Of a stretch of DNA of 64,000 nt, positions 29,845 through 39,306 are shown in pieces. The DNA comes from a virus. Taxonomy: Duplodnaviria > Caudoviricetes. The position numbers and the translations under genes are program-made. The notes under the pieces were generated by a model that did not search any database, was not told the DNA's origin, and was given only the letters and a program-made list of their open reading frames with translations. How positions within the stretch are numbered: the first letter of the stretch is position 1; every line of letters starts with the position of its first letter. The DNA lies in the IMG/VR virus record IMGVR_UViG_3300028833_000098, positions 1 through 64,000 of that record. One strand, given 5' to 3'.

Positions 29845-30070
29845 AGGTAGACAGTGAAAACTGTCCGGCATATGTAGGTTCATGGGTGTCCTCTTCCACA
29901 CCATGGCTTTTCAGCAGATGCATGTGTCGCATATGAGACGGTGTCCTCAAGATGTTCAGGAGAAGGCCGTCATAATTTAAGTTGATTGAGTAACCTTGGC
30001 AATAGTCGGGGTGAAGATATCAGCTTGACTAAAAATAAAAACAATTTGACACCCGGATGATACACCGGGA
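29845..30070 (+). ncRNA. candidate structured RNA / long structured leader
   Basis: GC-richer non-coding tract with at least 5 helices, a GAAA tetraloop and an AGUA/GAA loop-E motif; family unknown. Confidence 0.55.
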
Positions 30071-30086
30071 GAAAACGGAGGTTATT

Positions 30087-30326
30087 ATGAAAAAGGCATG
30101 GAATAAGGCAATAAATAACTGGGAGAACGCCCGCCGCAAAGAAGCTGACTGGATGCGTCAGCATATGATTCTCGGAATTTTTCTGTTGGGCGGTTTTATC
30201 GTTCTGAAGACAATTCAGATCGAGCTCATTTCTGAAGGCATTGCCAGTAAGCTGACAAAGCACTTCGAAGAAAACGAAGACGCTATTACGTCGTATGACG
30301 AAAAAGAAGACGATGAAACATTTTGA
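30087..30326 (+). CDS. small single-TM protein
   Basis: RBS GGAGG before the ATG at 30087. Confidence 0.6.
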   Translation: MKKAWNKAINNWENARRKEADWMRQHMILGIFLLGGFIVLKTIQIELISEGIASKLTKHFEENEDAITSYDEKEDDETF

Positions 30327-30361
30327 CACCATCATCTTATGATGGAGAAAAGGAGAAAATT

Positions 30362-30832
30362 ATGAGAGTTAATTTAGAAATATTCGACGGCACATCCGAA
30401 GAAATCACATCACTCATTCAGAAGATGAATGAGCTTGGCATGTGCGTGTCCGTAACAAACTATGCCAACTCAGCTGCATCAGTACCTGAGCAGGAAGAGA
30501 AGAAGGTTACTATCAATGATATATGGGAAACCATGCTTGCTGAGATGCCTGGATCATTTGATAAGTATGGCATCGCAAGGTACTGTGCACCTTCAAAGCT
30601 GTCATCGAAGGACAGTGATGAGCTCGATAGGTACATCGAGCTCAGGCTCAAGAATGATTTTGTGGTTCTGAGCATTCCGAATCCCGACAATCTGTATACT
30701 GACATCACATTTATGAGATACACATCAAGGATCCAGACAAGATTCAATGAGAAGTATTTCGGCGAGCTTCTGGATCAGACAGTTGACGATCCGGAGATGA
30801 GAAACTTCATCGAGAAGTATTTCACAAAGTGA
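30362..30832 (+). CDS. hypothetical early protein
   Basis: RBS AAGGAG before the ATG at 30362. Confidence 0.7.
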   Translation: MRVNLEIFDGTSEEITSLIQKMNELGMCVSVTNYANSAASVPEQEEKKVTINDIWETMLAEMPGSFDKYGIARYCAPSKLSSKDSDELDRYIELRLKNDFVVLSIPNPDNLYTDITFMRYTSRIQTRFNEKYFGELLDQTVDDPEMRNFIEKYFTK

Positions 30833-30833
30833 G

Positions 30834-30867
30834 AAAATAACCCGCCTTGCGCGGGTTATTTTTTTTT
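30834..30867 (+). terminator. intrinsic terminator
   Basis: AAAATAACCCGC-CTTGC-GCGGGTTATTTTTTTT. Confidence 0.85.
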
Positions 30868-30937
30868 CATTTTTTATAGGATCCGGAACCGCATGCTAAT
30901 ATATACTATTTAAAATGTATAGAAAGGACTGATAAGT

Positions 30938-31684
30938 TTGCGTAATACAAGATGTCCGTTTTGTCCAAAAATATTTAATGACAAACATAGGTTCTGTAGA
31001 CACATTGCATACAAACACAATGACCAAGTACCCGAAGATTGTGATGATGCTTTAGAATGGGCTTATTCATTATTGGTGGGAAAACCAACAGGTCGTTTAT
31101 GTGTTCAATGTAAAAAGAACCCTGTTCATTTTAACAGAGAGACTCTCAAATACGAGAGATACTGTTCTGATGCATGTAAGGCTGCGTATGCGGATAACTT
31201 TCATAACAAACGAATGGTTGATAAATACGGTAAGCCGCATTTATTGAATGATGCGGATATGCAACGCAAGATGATTTTTAATCATGCACAAGCCAGGGAT
31301 TATTTATGGGATGACCAACACAAATTCAGAATCATCGGATCATATGAAGAAGATTTTCTGAAGCACCTAAAAGATCTTGATTGGTCTCCTAATGATGTCA
31401 TCTGTCCATCACCTCATAATTACTATTACAAATGGGCTGATGGGACAACACATCTCTACATCCCAGATTTCTACATACCATCTTTATCATTGGAAGTAGA
31501 AATCAAAGAGAGTGATAACACACATCCTCGAATGGAACACTCGAGAGAGATTGAACATTTAAAAGATAATCGTCTTGCATATGAGACCAAGAAGACCGGT
31601 ATTCATTACATAAAAATCGTTGATAAAAACTATACTGACTTTGATCAAATATATGTCAAGTCGGATACAAATAAACCTGAATAA
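30938..31684 (+). CDS. zinc-finger + PD-(D/E)xK (TnsA/gp4-like) endonuclease
   Basis: CPFC..HIAYKH; CVQC..YCSDAC; GSYEEDF..YIPDFYIP..EVEIKE. Confidence 0.7.
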   Translation: MRNTRCPFCPKIFNDKHRFCRHIAYKHNDQVPEDCDDALEWAYSLLVGKPTGRLCVQCKKNPVHFNRETLKYERYCSDACKAAYADNFHNKRMVDKYGKPHLLNDADMQRKMIFNHAQARDYLWDDQHKFRIIGSYEEDFLKHLKDLDWSPNDVICPSPHNYYYKWADGTTHLYIPDFYIPSLSLEVEIKESDNTHPRMEHSREIEHLKDNRLAYETKKTGIHYIKIVDKNYTDFDQIYVKSDTNKPE

Positions 31685-31701
31685 GAAAGGTGGTGTAGTG
31701 T

Positions 31702-33351
31702 ATGTTGGATCTCACAATAGTACAGGACTCTGTATATGAAGCAGATGATAACGTTAGAGAATCTATTGACATGATGTATGTCAAACATAAAATGATTCAA
31801 GAGTTTGCCATGAATTCTAATGATGAATCATTGGAATATTATGTAGAATCATCTAACATTCCCGTTGGATCATCTAAAACATTCGATCTTTTTTCTTTTA
31901 ATAATGATCACATTATTCGTGCTATTCGTCATTTCAATAAAGCATATGCTGAATTGGAATTCAGTAGTAAGAAATCAGAATATAATAAATTGAAGAAAGA
32001 TTTTGAAGAAGGTAACAGACCTCTCAATGCAAAGTCCATTAGACCAACCGGTGAGCTTGTCAAAGAAATGAGAGATAAGTTTATAAAACAAGGTGGTCAT
32101 TTTGAGAAGGGATTCAAAGAATTGGAAAAACAATTTGATTGTAATTTCCAAATCTACCTATCACATGCATCTGGCACAGGCACTGCTTTAACAAAGTTCC
32201 CTAAAGATGCTCCTGTTAGTAAGATAACCATATCAAAGAAAAAGGGTTTTCAATTGGGTGGATTAAATATAATCATCAATGTTAACCCAACACAAATCCT
32301 TCAGATCGTTCCTTCTAACAGAAAACTGTTTGGTCAAACATTAACCGCAATTCTCTTGCATGAGATATATCATAACATCGTACACAGTGTTGATATAAGA
32401 AACAGGAATCTTCATAATGATATCAAACGAACATTTTCAGGTGTTGGTAGTAATGAGAATAAGGCTTCAATTGATTCAAAGGTCAATGGATTAATATCCA
32501 GATTTAAATCAGCATTCTCCATAAAAGATATGGAGTTTAATGAAGATAGATCAAAGAATCGATTTTATGTTTTATCCAAAATAAAAGATAACCCAAATGC
32601 ATTGAAAAAGTTTGAAAATGATATCAAGGAGAATGTTGATAAAACCAACTCTGAAAAAGAGCTTGATGATTATATCAAAACTTTGAGCATGATAAAAACA
32701 GTTACGGGTTTGCGTAAAGGCGTTAGAATGGTTGCTACTGCATGTGCCATCTTGCTTGCAGGTTTAGGTTTTGTATTCGGTTCATCATTAATGGCTGCAT
32801 CTGGAATAATCTATTTGGCAATAGTAGCTTTATCAATGTTGATCAAAAAGGTTCTTTCTTTGTTCTCTGTTTCTGTTGGTGTACAGGAAGAATACTTCTG
32901 TGATTTGTTCGCAGCAATGTATAATCTCCCAATACACATAACATCATTCAAGAGACAGATTCAATTGAACAAGGTTAACAAAGAAAAAGTGTCCAAAGCC
33001 AATAAGTTAAATTCTAAAATATATGACAATGTAAAAGATGTTCATCCATTGACATATGATCGTGAACTTGTTTCATATCAAATGGCCAAACAGATACTGG
33101 ATTCTGGTAAACATCTAAAACCGGAAATCAAACGATATCTGAAATATATCGTAAGTCAAAATGAAGGTATTGATGATATGGATGTTTCGCATACAAAACG
33201 TCAAGAGAAACAACTTGATCCTGAAGCAGCAAAAGATCTTCAGAAAACCATTGATGATTTTGTTCGTAAAACAGGCGTTACTGTAACAGAATCATTCATT
33301 GATGATGTTGAAGATTGCATTCTTGATTATTATCTTGAAGAAGGTGAATAA
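31702..33351 (+). CDS. virion-associated M48/HtpX-like membrane zinc metalloprotease, paralog 2 (propeptide family)
   Basis: Propeptide ..VRES..YVK..YYVES; LLHEIYHN; TM hairpin; EEYFCDLFA; HPLTYDR. Confidence 0.65.
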   Translation: MLDLTIVQDSVYEADDNVRESIDMMYVKHKMIQEFAMNSNDESLEYYVESSNIPVGSSKTFDLFSFNNDHIIRAIRHFNKAYAELEFSSKKSEYNKLKKDFEEGNRPLNAKSIRPTGELVKEMRDKFIKQGGHFEKGFKELEKQFDCNFQIYLSHASGTGTALTKFPKDAPVSKITISKKKGFQLGGLNIIINVNPTQILQIVPSNRKLFGQTLTAILLHEIYHNIVHSVDIRNRNLHNDIKRTFSGVGSNENKASIDSKVNGLISRFKSAFSIKDMEFNEDRSKNRFYVLSKIKDNPNALKKFENDIKENVDKTNSEKELDDYIKTLSMIKTVTGLRKGVRMVATACAILLAGLGFVFGSSLMAASGIIYLAIVALSMLIKKVLSLFSVSVGVQEEYFCDLFAAMYNLPIHITSFKRQIQLNKVNKEKVSKANKLNSKIYDNVKDVHPLTYDRELVSYQMAKQILDSGKHLKPEIKRYLKYIVSQNEGIDDMDVSHTKRQEKQLDPEAAKDLQKTIDDFVRKTGVTVTESFIDDVEDCILDYYLEEGE

Positions 33352-33352
33352 T

Positions 33353-33832
33353 ATGGCTTTGGATGAAGTAGGAATTACATTATCGGAAGTAACGAAAAAG
33401 TTCCCAAGGAGATTTCAAACTCTCGGTTATGATGTTGCTTTTGATACAGACTCGATGAACAAACCAAAAATATTATCGTCTTTTGAACTGGGTGTGAATG
33501 TTATACTCACTCTCTTATTCATGAAGCCGGGACAGTTTCCATCAATACCTACATTGGGTATTGATATTGAATCCTATCTTCATGAATATTCTGATGATAA
33601 AAAGATCCCTGCTGAAATCAAAAACAAGTTGTCAGATCAATGTAATCAACTTGATATATCAGGATTAACAATTGATGTATTTTTTGATAAAACCGAAGAA
33701 GGTATTGATGCATTGGTGATTTCAATATCTGGTACAGAGACTGTCAGTTATGGTAATGAAACAGACCATGTCATCATAGGCATTTCTTATGACAAACTAA
33801 ATCGTTTGTACGTAAGAAAAATAAATATGTGA
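33353..33832 (+). CDS. baseplate wedge / sheath initiator (T4 gp25/GPW-like)
   Basis: LLFMKPGQFPSIPTLGIDIESYL resembles the gp25 motif; size fits. Confidence 0.6.
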   Translation: MALDEVGITLSEVTKKFPRRFQTLGYDVAFDTDSMNKPKILSSFELGVNVILTLLFMKPGQFPSIPTLGIDIESYLHEYSDDKKIPAEIKNKLSDQCNQLDISGLTIDVFFDKTEEGIDALVISISGTETVSYGNETDHVIIGISYDKLNRLYVRKINM

Positions 33833-33846
33833 GGTAGGTGATATAA

Positions 33847-34593
33847 ATGGATGCATCGGTAAAAAGAAAAAAGATTGAGGATATCGTTACACAAACATTG
33901 AAACTCATGGATCCAACGGGTATCAATGCAAAGAAGTATGAATCATTTTTCAAATCAATGAATGATGCTCAATTTGCAAAATGGATCAAAGAATTCCTTG
34001 CTGATGAGAAGAGCAACATACGTCTCGATATTGAAGAATTTGGTGATGGTTCAAGAACACTGAAATTCGAGAATATCGAAAAAGCTGCTGATAACCTCGG
34101 TATCAAATTATTCGAATATGTATATATTCCACATGTATCATCTAATCCGAACCGACCCATAAGGACCAAACAGCCAGTATTGGTTGGATACCTTAACGTC
34201 AAAAGAACTCAGCAGCTTGTTACCAAGAAAACTGGTTTGGCATTGAATGACGATGATCGTGATGATATGACAGGTGCAGTTAAAGGTGATGCTAAGGGAG
34301 GAACTACTACTGGTATTGAGAATGAACTTCTCGCCGGTGTTGGTGCCACGGACATCTTATCCGAGATAACAGGTGCTCGTGCTGATAACGTTGCCGAATA
34401 TGACAACATGCTCAGATCAATTGCAGAGACAGGCTCTGTTAGGTTAGCCGATATAAAGACTAATGCATATGATAAACCCACACTTCTTGCGGCGGATTTA
34501 TATTTTGCTGCAATGGGATTAAAAACAGACCTCATATCAGAATCTTATTATTCTGCTGAGAAGATAAAATCTGCATTTGAAGGTGAAACATAA
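33847..34593 (+). CDS. phage RNA polymerase beta-like C-terminal subunit (phiKZ gp149-type)
   Basis: PVLVGYLNVKRTQQ..RDDMTGAVKGDAKGG..IENELLAGVGA..LSEITGARADN aligns by eye with the RpoB C-terminal region. Confidence 0.78.
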   Translation: MDASVKRKKIEDIVTQTLKLMDPTGINAKKYESFFKSMNDAQFAKWIKEFLADEKSNIRLDIEEFGDGSRTLKFENIEKAADNLGIKLFEYVYIPHVSSNPNRPIRTKQPVLVGYLNVKRTQQLVTKKTGLALNDDDRDDMTGAVKGDAKGGTTTGIENELLAGVGATDILSEITGARADNVAEYDNMLRSIAETGSVRLADIKTNAYDKPTLLAADLYFAAMGLKTDLISESYYSAEKIKSAFEGET

Positions 34594-34616
34594 TAAAATG
34601 AAAAGGAGAAGATTTT

Positions 34617-35144
34617 ATGAAGGTAAATATCGTTGGTAAGGGCGTAATCCCTTACATAAACAAGGTTGCACCTGCAATGAATATTGAGGTGAGTGAACCA
34701 ATACTCAAGAAACTGGTTAAGGATCGCCGGTTCAGAATCTTTGATTCAAAAGGTTCAGGTCCTGTAACAGCTGCTACATTTGAAGCTCCTGTCGTAACAG
34801 AGCCTGTTGTTGAGGAGAAGCCCGTTGAGGCACCTAAGCCGAAGAAGAATAAGGCTAAAAAGGAAGAGTATCATCCCGATGTAACTGTAACAGAAGTGCC
34901 TGATGAAATCGGCATTGATCTTGCTCAGACTCTTGATAGTGTTATCGAGACTGCTGTTGAGGTTCCTGCAGAAGAGGAATCTTCAGTTGTTGAAGAGAAG
35001 GTTGAAGAGCCTGTTGCTGAAAAAGAAGAGCTCGAGATTCCTGTAGAGGATGTTGATCTCGATGAGTTCCCTGCTGAAGAGGCTACTAAAGAAGAAGCTC
35101 CTAAGCAGCCTTCCAAGAAGAACAAGAAGAAGAATCGCAAGTAA
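34617..35144 (+). CDS. hypothetical protein, small N-domain + E/P/V-rich tail
   Basis: RBS AAGGAG; low-complexity acidic region, basic C-terminus. Confidence 0.7.
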   Translation: MKVNIVGKGVIPYINKVAPAMNIEVSEPILKKLVKDRRFRIFDSKGSGPVTAATFEAPVVTEPVVEEKPVEAPKPKKNKAKKEEYHPDVTVTEVPDEIGIDLAQTLDSVIETAVEVPAEEESSVVEEKVEEPVAEKEELEIPVEDVDLDEFPAEEATKEEAPKQPSKKNKKKNRK

Positions 35145-35165
35145 TACATAAAGGAGGAATATATA

Positions 35166-36365
35166 ATGATCTTCCTTGAACAGGATGATTTCACTGAGGA
35201 GGAAGCCAGAGTCTTCGTTGAAGCTTATGGTACAAAAGATATTCCTCTAAATGAAACGATCGTAAAACCGATCATGCGTATAATTGCTACACCTAAGAAG
35301 CAGAGGGAATATATTGCTTATGGTGAAGAATTCTTACAGGCTAATTCCGAGATGTTGTCTAAAGAGTTTCCAACCAAAGCAGTATCATTTCCTCGTTCTT
35401 ATGTAGATAATATTTTTGCAATGTTTGGTTTCCAAAAGAACTCATTTAAAGAAAATCTCAAAGAAATTCTCAAAGGTGTTTCTGATAAAACTTCTTTCCA
35501 AACCATTATTGCAAATCCAACGAATGTTATACATTCGATAGTACTCATATATTCTGACCATGTAGGCAATCGTAAATTACGTGATTCTGCACGTCAGCAG
35601 ATGGGTCTTTCGATTTATAATAATACATTCAATCATTTTTTCCATCCGCCTCATCCTATCGAATCGACAATGGCTTATACATACATGAATCTTGATAATT
35701 CATGGAATCTTGTTAAATGCGAGAATGTTATAAACTGGATCGATTTGACAATTGAGACGGCGTATCAATTCTGGCGTACCAGACTTGATCTTGATTTGGA
35801 CACGTCGGTGATGGTTCAATTTCTCAATCGTGTCAGAACATCCTTCCAACAGAACCTACGCTTGCTGGCGAATCAGTATTTTGACACTGTCAATGAAAAT
35901 AAGGGTAACTTGGTTGGTAGTGATGTATCTTCTGATGATATGTACTTTGAAACCAATAACACCGTTAAACTACGAGAAGGTCTCATTCGTCGTATAAACG
36001 GAAAAGACCAACTCTATTGTTCTAAGGGAGATTTGTACAGTGGTATTGCAAAACTCAAGAATGTTAAAGTTGATACTTTATATGAGTTTGCTCAGGAGAT
36101 AAAAACTGAGGATATCGGTCTTATTATCGATACGATATTTTATGTATTTATATCCAAAGAGGGTAATTCGATTGATGATATAAATTCTGTAAAATATATA
36201 TCACGTATAACAAATCTTCCTACAGCAATAGATAGGGCTATTGCTGGTAAACCAATCATATTAACGCTGTCAAAGAAATATAAAATAGATGAATCAATCA
36301 TTCGAGCTTATATTTGTTTGATAGCAACATACATAATGTATCGCATTAACGATGTAAAGGTATAA
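35166..36365 (+). CDS. conserved-looking hypothetical protein (possibly virion)
   Basis: RBS AAGGAGG; acidic N-terminus ending FVEA. Confidence 0.6.
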   Translation: MIFLEQDDFTEEEARVFVEAYGTKDIPLNETIVKPIMRIIATPKKQREYIAYGEEFLQANSEMLSKEFPTKAVSFPRSYVDNIFAMFGFQKNSFKENLKEILKGVSDKTSFQTIIANPTNVIHSIVLIYSDHVGNRKLRDSARQQMGLSIYNNTFNHFFHPPHPIESTMAYTYMNLDNSWNLVKCENVINWIDLTIETAYQFWRTRLDLDLDTSVMVQFLNRVRTSFQQNLRLLANQYFDTVNENKGNLVGSDVSSDDMYFETNNTVKLREGLIRRINGKDQLYCSKGDLYSGIAKLKNVKVDTLYEFAQEIKTEDIGLIIDTIFYVFISKEGNSIDDINSVKYISRITNLPTAIDRAIAGKPIILTLSKKYKIDESIIRAYICLIATYIMYRINDVKV

Positions 36366-36380
36366 CAGGAGGTGATATTA

Positions 36381-37757
36381 GTGTTTGACATACTTACAGC
36401 CATTGATGCATCCCAGGATGAATCACAGGAAGCTGTTATGGAATCTCTTTTTACTACATACGACAAAGCATTGATGATTCTGGAATATCTTGATTCTGAT
36501 GACATAAGTTGTTTTTCAATATTTCAGGAAGCCGCAACGGATAATGACAAAGAGGTTTCTGGAAAAGATAAAGCAAAACAGGGTATTCTTAAAAGTATTT
36601 TTGGTATAATACCAAAACTCATTCAGCGTCTCAAAGATCTTTCGGCGAAAAAATTCGAAGCAAAGAAAATGAAAATGCTCGAAAAGAAAGCCAAGAAGTT
36701 GGGTGTTGATCTTAGCAAGTTATCAGAATCTGAAAAAGAAATGTTATATGCATCCCTCAATAGCCAATTGACGGAGTCTGACATAAATAAGATAATAACA
36801 AAACGTAAACTCATGAGTTTCGGTCTGAAAGCTGGGCTTGGTGCAATTGTTATTGGTGGATCAGCATATTACCTCAATAACAAAAAAGAGCTGGTCGTTG
36901 AGAAGGTTAATGACTTTAAAGGAAAGATCTATAAGAAACTTGATGAAGATGTTCTCAAGGGTGTTCGTGAAGCAACCGATGCTGCGGTTGAAAAAATATC
37001 GAACGTAGCTGATGCAGCAGCAGAAAAAATTAAATCTGCGGCAGATGCTTGTAAGAAAGCTGTTGAAACAGTTATCAATTTCTTAAAGAAACTATTTGAT
37101 GCATTTAAGAAATTTTTCAACATACATCTACTCAATTATGACAAAACAGAGGTTGAAAAAATTCTTTGTAAAATAGATCCAAACACAGGAACCCTTCATG
37201 TCACATTTGATACTGACACCATCAATGAATGGATCAAAGAAACAAAGACCTTTATATCAAACGCATCACAATTCATTGGACGTAAAGTCGTAAACGGCGA
37301 ACTTGAAAAGAACGTCAATGATGAGGGTAAGATGACACGTGGTGGTGCAATTGCCGCAGTTCAGAAAGAACATGATAGTGCTACTATCATGAAGGGCAAG
37401 AATGGAGCAACACTCGTATCGGATTATCGTAATCATCTTGAGAAAATTGCTTCCAAATTTAATGCAAAGGCCGAATATCATCCGATTGACGGCTTCATTA
37501 GCTATTCGTCAGAAATAATCGATGATCTAAATAAGGTATGTGATCTGGCGAAGAAACTAAGTGAAAAATATACCTCTATGGTAGATAATCCAAATAGAAA
37601 ACAGACGGATTACCTTGAAGCTGAGAAAGAGGTTGCAATGACTCTTCGTGGTATTCTCGATACCCAGATCCTTATAACAGAATCGGTTGATGCAATCAAT
37701 AATTACATCAACACTGTTTCTGAAATGACATCTGCTCTTGAAATCGGTTCTGAATGA
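36381..37757 (+). CDS. putative internal head/ejection protein (propeptide family)
   Basis: GTG start; DILTAID..VMES..YDK..FSIFQEA; one hydrophobic segment. Confidence 0.65.
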   Translation: MFDILTAIDASQDESQEAVMESLFTTYDKALMILEYLDSDDISCFSIFQEAATDNDKEVSGKDKAKQGILKSIFGIIPKLIQRLKDLSAKKFEAKKMKMLEKKAKKLGVDLSKLSESEKEMLYASLNSQLTESDINKIITKRKLMSFGLKAGLGAIVIGGSAYYLNNKKELVVEKVNDFKGKIYKKLDEDVLKGVREATDAAVEKISNVADAAAEKIKSAADACKKAVETVINFLKKLFDAFKKFFNIHLLNYDKTEVEKILCKIDPNTGTLHVTFDTDTINEWIKETKTFISNASQFIGRKVVNGELEKNVNDEGKMTRGGAIAAVQKEHDSATIMKGKNGATLVSDYRNHLEKIASKFNAKAEYHPIDGFISYSSEIIDDLNKVCDLAKKLSEKYTSMVDNPNRKQTDYLEAEKEVAMTLRGILDTQILITESVDAINNYINTVSEMTSALEIGSE

Positions 37758-37830
37758 TTTTACGATACGAAAAGTTAAAGCTTCAAATTAGAAGTTTATT
37801 AAAAAATTATACGAAAGGAATGAAATATTT

Positions 37831-39234
37831 ATGAACGAAATCAATGTTCGTAATGAAATTCTTGGTTCTATCGATAATGTCAACGATGTTACTATGGAAT
37901 CGACACTTGATGTAATGGGTTCATTGGCTCTTGCTTATGATAAAGCGGCTATGATAACCGAGTATTCAAATACTGAAGATCTTTCGATGTTCTCTATATT
38001 CCAGGAAGCTGAGGTAGCTGAGGCTAAGAAGGAACCTGGTCTGGGAATGAAGATACTGATGTTTATTCCTAATATCCTCAAGAAGATATGGGAATTCCTC
38101 AAGCAGGCATGGAACGGTGAAATTGTTCCTACTGCAAAGAAGGCTGCAAAGGAAGCAGAGAGTCTTTCTGATAAATTCAAAGGTCTTTTCAATAAGATCA
38201 TCGGTAAGGATGAGAGTTGGATAAGAGAGCATGCGAAAGAACTCGGTATAAGTGGTGCTATGCTTGCACTTGTTCTCGGCGTTGCTACATGGTTCAACAA
38301 GGATAACTTGAAGAAGCTCTTCACAGAATTTATTCAGGGTATCAGTGGTTTCTTCAAGAAAACGTCTGATAACTTCAAGCAGTATGGCGTAATATTCGAG
38401 ATGGTCGTATGGAATAAGTTTAAGACAAACATATCTTTCAAGGGCCTGAAGGATGCTATTACATCACTTCCTAAGTTCTTCAAGGATTGTGCAGCGTATC
38501 ATGAAAGATATATAAAGGGTGGTCTTCCTGGTTCAACCAACGGTGAGATTAAACAGATCGACTATAACAGAACTGATATCAGTGCTATGGAAACAGAACT
38601 CAATGCTCTGAATACAACATTCGACCAGATGACGAATGCTGATATCGTAGTCGCTGATACAGTTGAATACACTATTCCACAGGTAATCGACGGCATTACT
38701 GCAGATCTTGATCCTGATTCAGAAGAAGGTAAAGAGCTTATCGCTACAATGGAGAAGACAGCCAATGTAATGAAGCTCACTGATGAACAGATCAATGCTT
38801 TCTCACAGAATTTCCCTGCAAAGAGTAATATACAGAAGATTCTGTCCAAATTTGCTGGTTGGTTCCAGAAGGTTGGTGGCATGATCGCTGGTTGGTTCAG
38901 GTCTCTGAAGAAGATTTGTACCGACTTCGTCCAGAAGATCAAGGATGCTAGAGATATCGACAAGTCTCTCGATTACGGCAAATCTGACAGTGAGGAGCCT
39001 GCTACAAAGGATTCAAATCCTGGTAATGATAAAGCAGCTACTGATGACCTTACTTCGAATCTCGAAGAGGATAGTACTGCAACATACCCTGCCCAGGCTG
39101 ATGGTGCGGAGACACCTGAGGAAACGGGTCTTGAATCCACACAGGAAGAAATTCCTGAGGGTGAAGAAGCTGTTCAGGAGTCTGCAACAGAGGATGAAGC
39201 CGAAGCAGCTATCAATAATCACTGGTATAGATAA
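37831..39234 (+). CDS. putative internal head/ejection protein (propeptide family)
   Basis: NEILGSID..TMES..YDK..FSIFQEA; ILMFIPNILKKIWEFL; C-terminal VQESA. Confidence 0.68.
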   Translation: MNEINVRNEILGSIDNVNDVTMESTLDVMGSLALAYDKAAMITEYSNTEDLSMFSIFQEAEVAEAKKEPGLGMKILMFIPNILKKIWEFLKQAWNGEIVPTAKKAAKEAESLSDKFKGLFNKIIGKDESWIREHAKELGISGAMLALVLGVATWFNKDNLKKLFTEFIQGISGFFKKTSDNFKQYGVIFEMVVWNKFKTNISFKGLKDAITSLPKFFKDCAAYHERYIKGGLPGSTNGEIKQIDYNRTDISAMETELNALNTTFDQMTNADIVVADTVEYTIPQVIDGITADLDPDSEEGKELIATMEKTANVMKLTDEQINAFSQNFPAKSNIQKILSKFAGWFQKVGGMIAGWFRSLKKICTDFVQKIKDARDIDKSLDYGKSDSEEPATKDSNPGNDKAATDDLTSNLEEDSTATYPAQADGAETPEETGLESTQEEIPEGEEAVQESATEDEAEAAINNHWYR

Positions 39235-39247
39235 TATATCTAATGAG

Positions 39248-39274
39248 GAGATATCCCCATTTCGGGGATATCTC
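39248..39274 (+). terminator. hairpin/terminator
   Basis: GAGATATCCCC-ATTTC-GGGGATATCTC. Confidence 0.65.
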
Positions 39275-39306
39275 TTTCTATTATACAAACAAAGGAGGTA
39301 TGATTG

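Noticed and set aside
29970-30335. 121-aa minus-strand ORF over the candidate RNA
   Set aside because: Antisense to an RBS-supported plus-strand gene and against the direction of the promoter.
30880-30905. AAC-N6/7-TA as an AR9-like late promoter (also ~7443 and ~29420 minus)
   Set aside because: Spacing is inconsistent and the motif is too short to tell from chance in AT-rich DNA.
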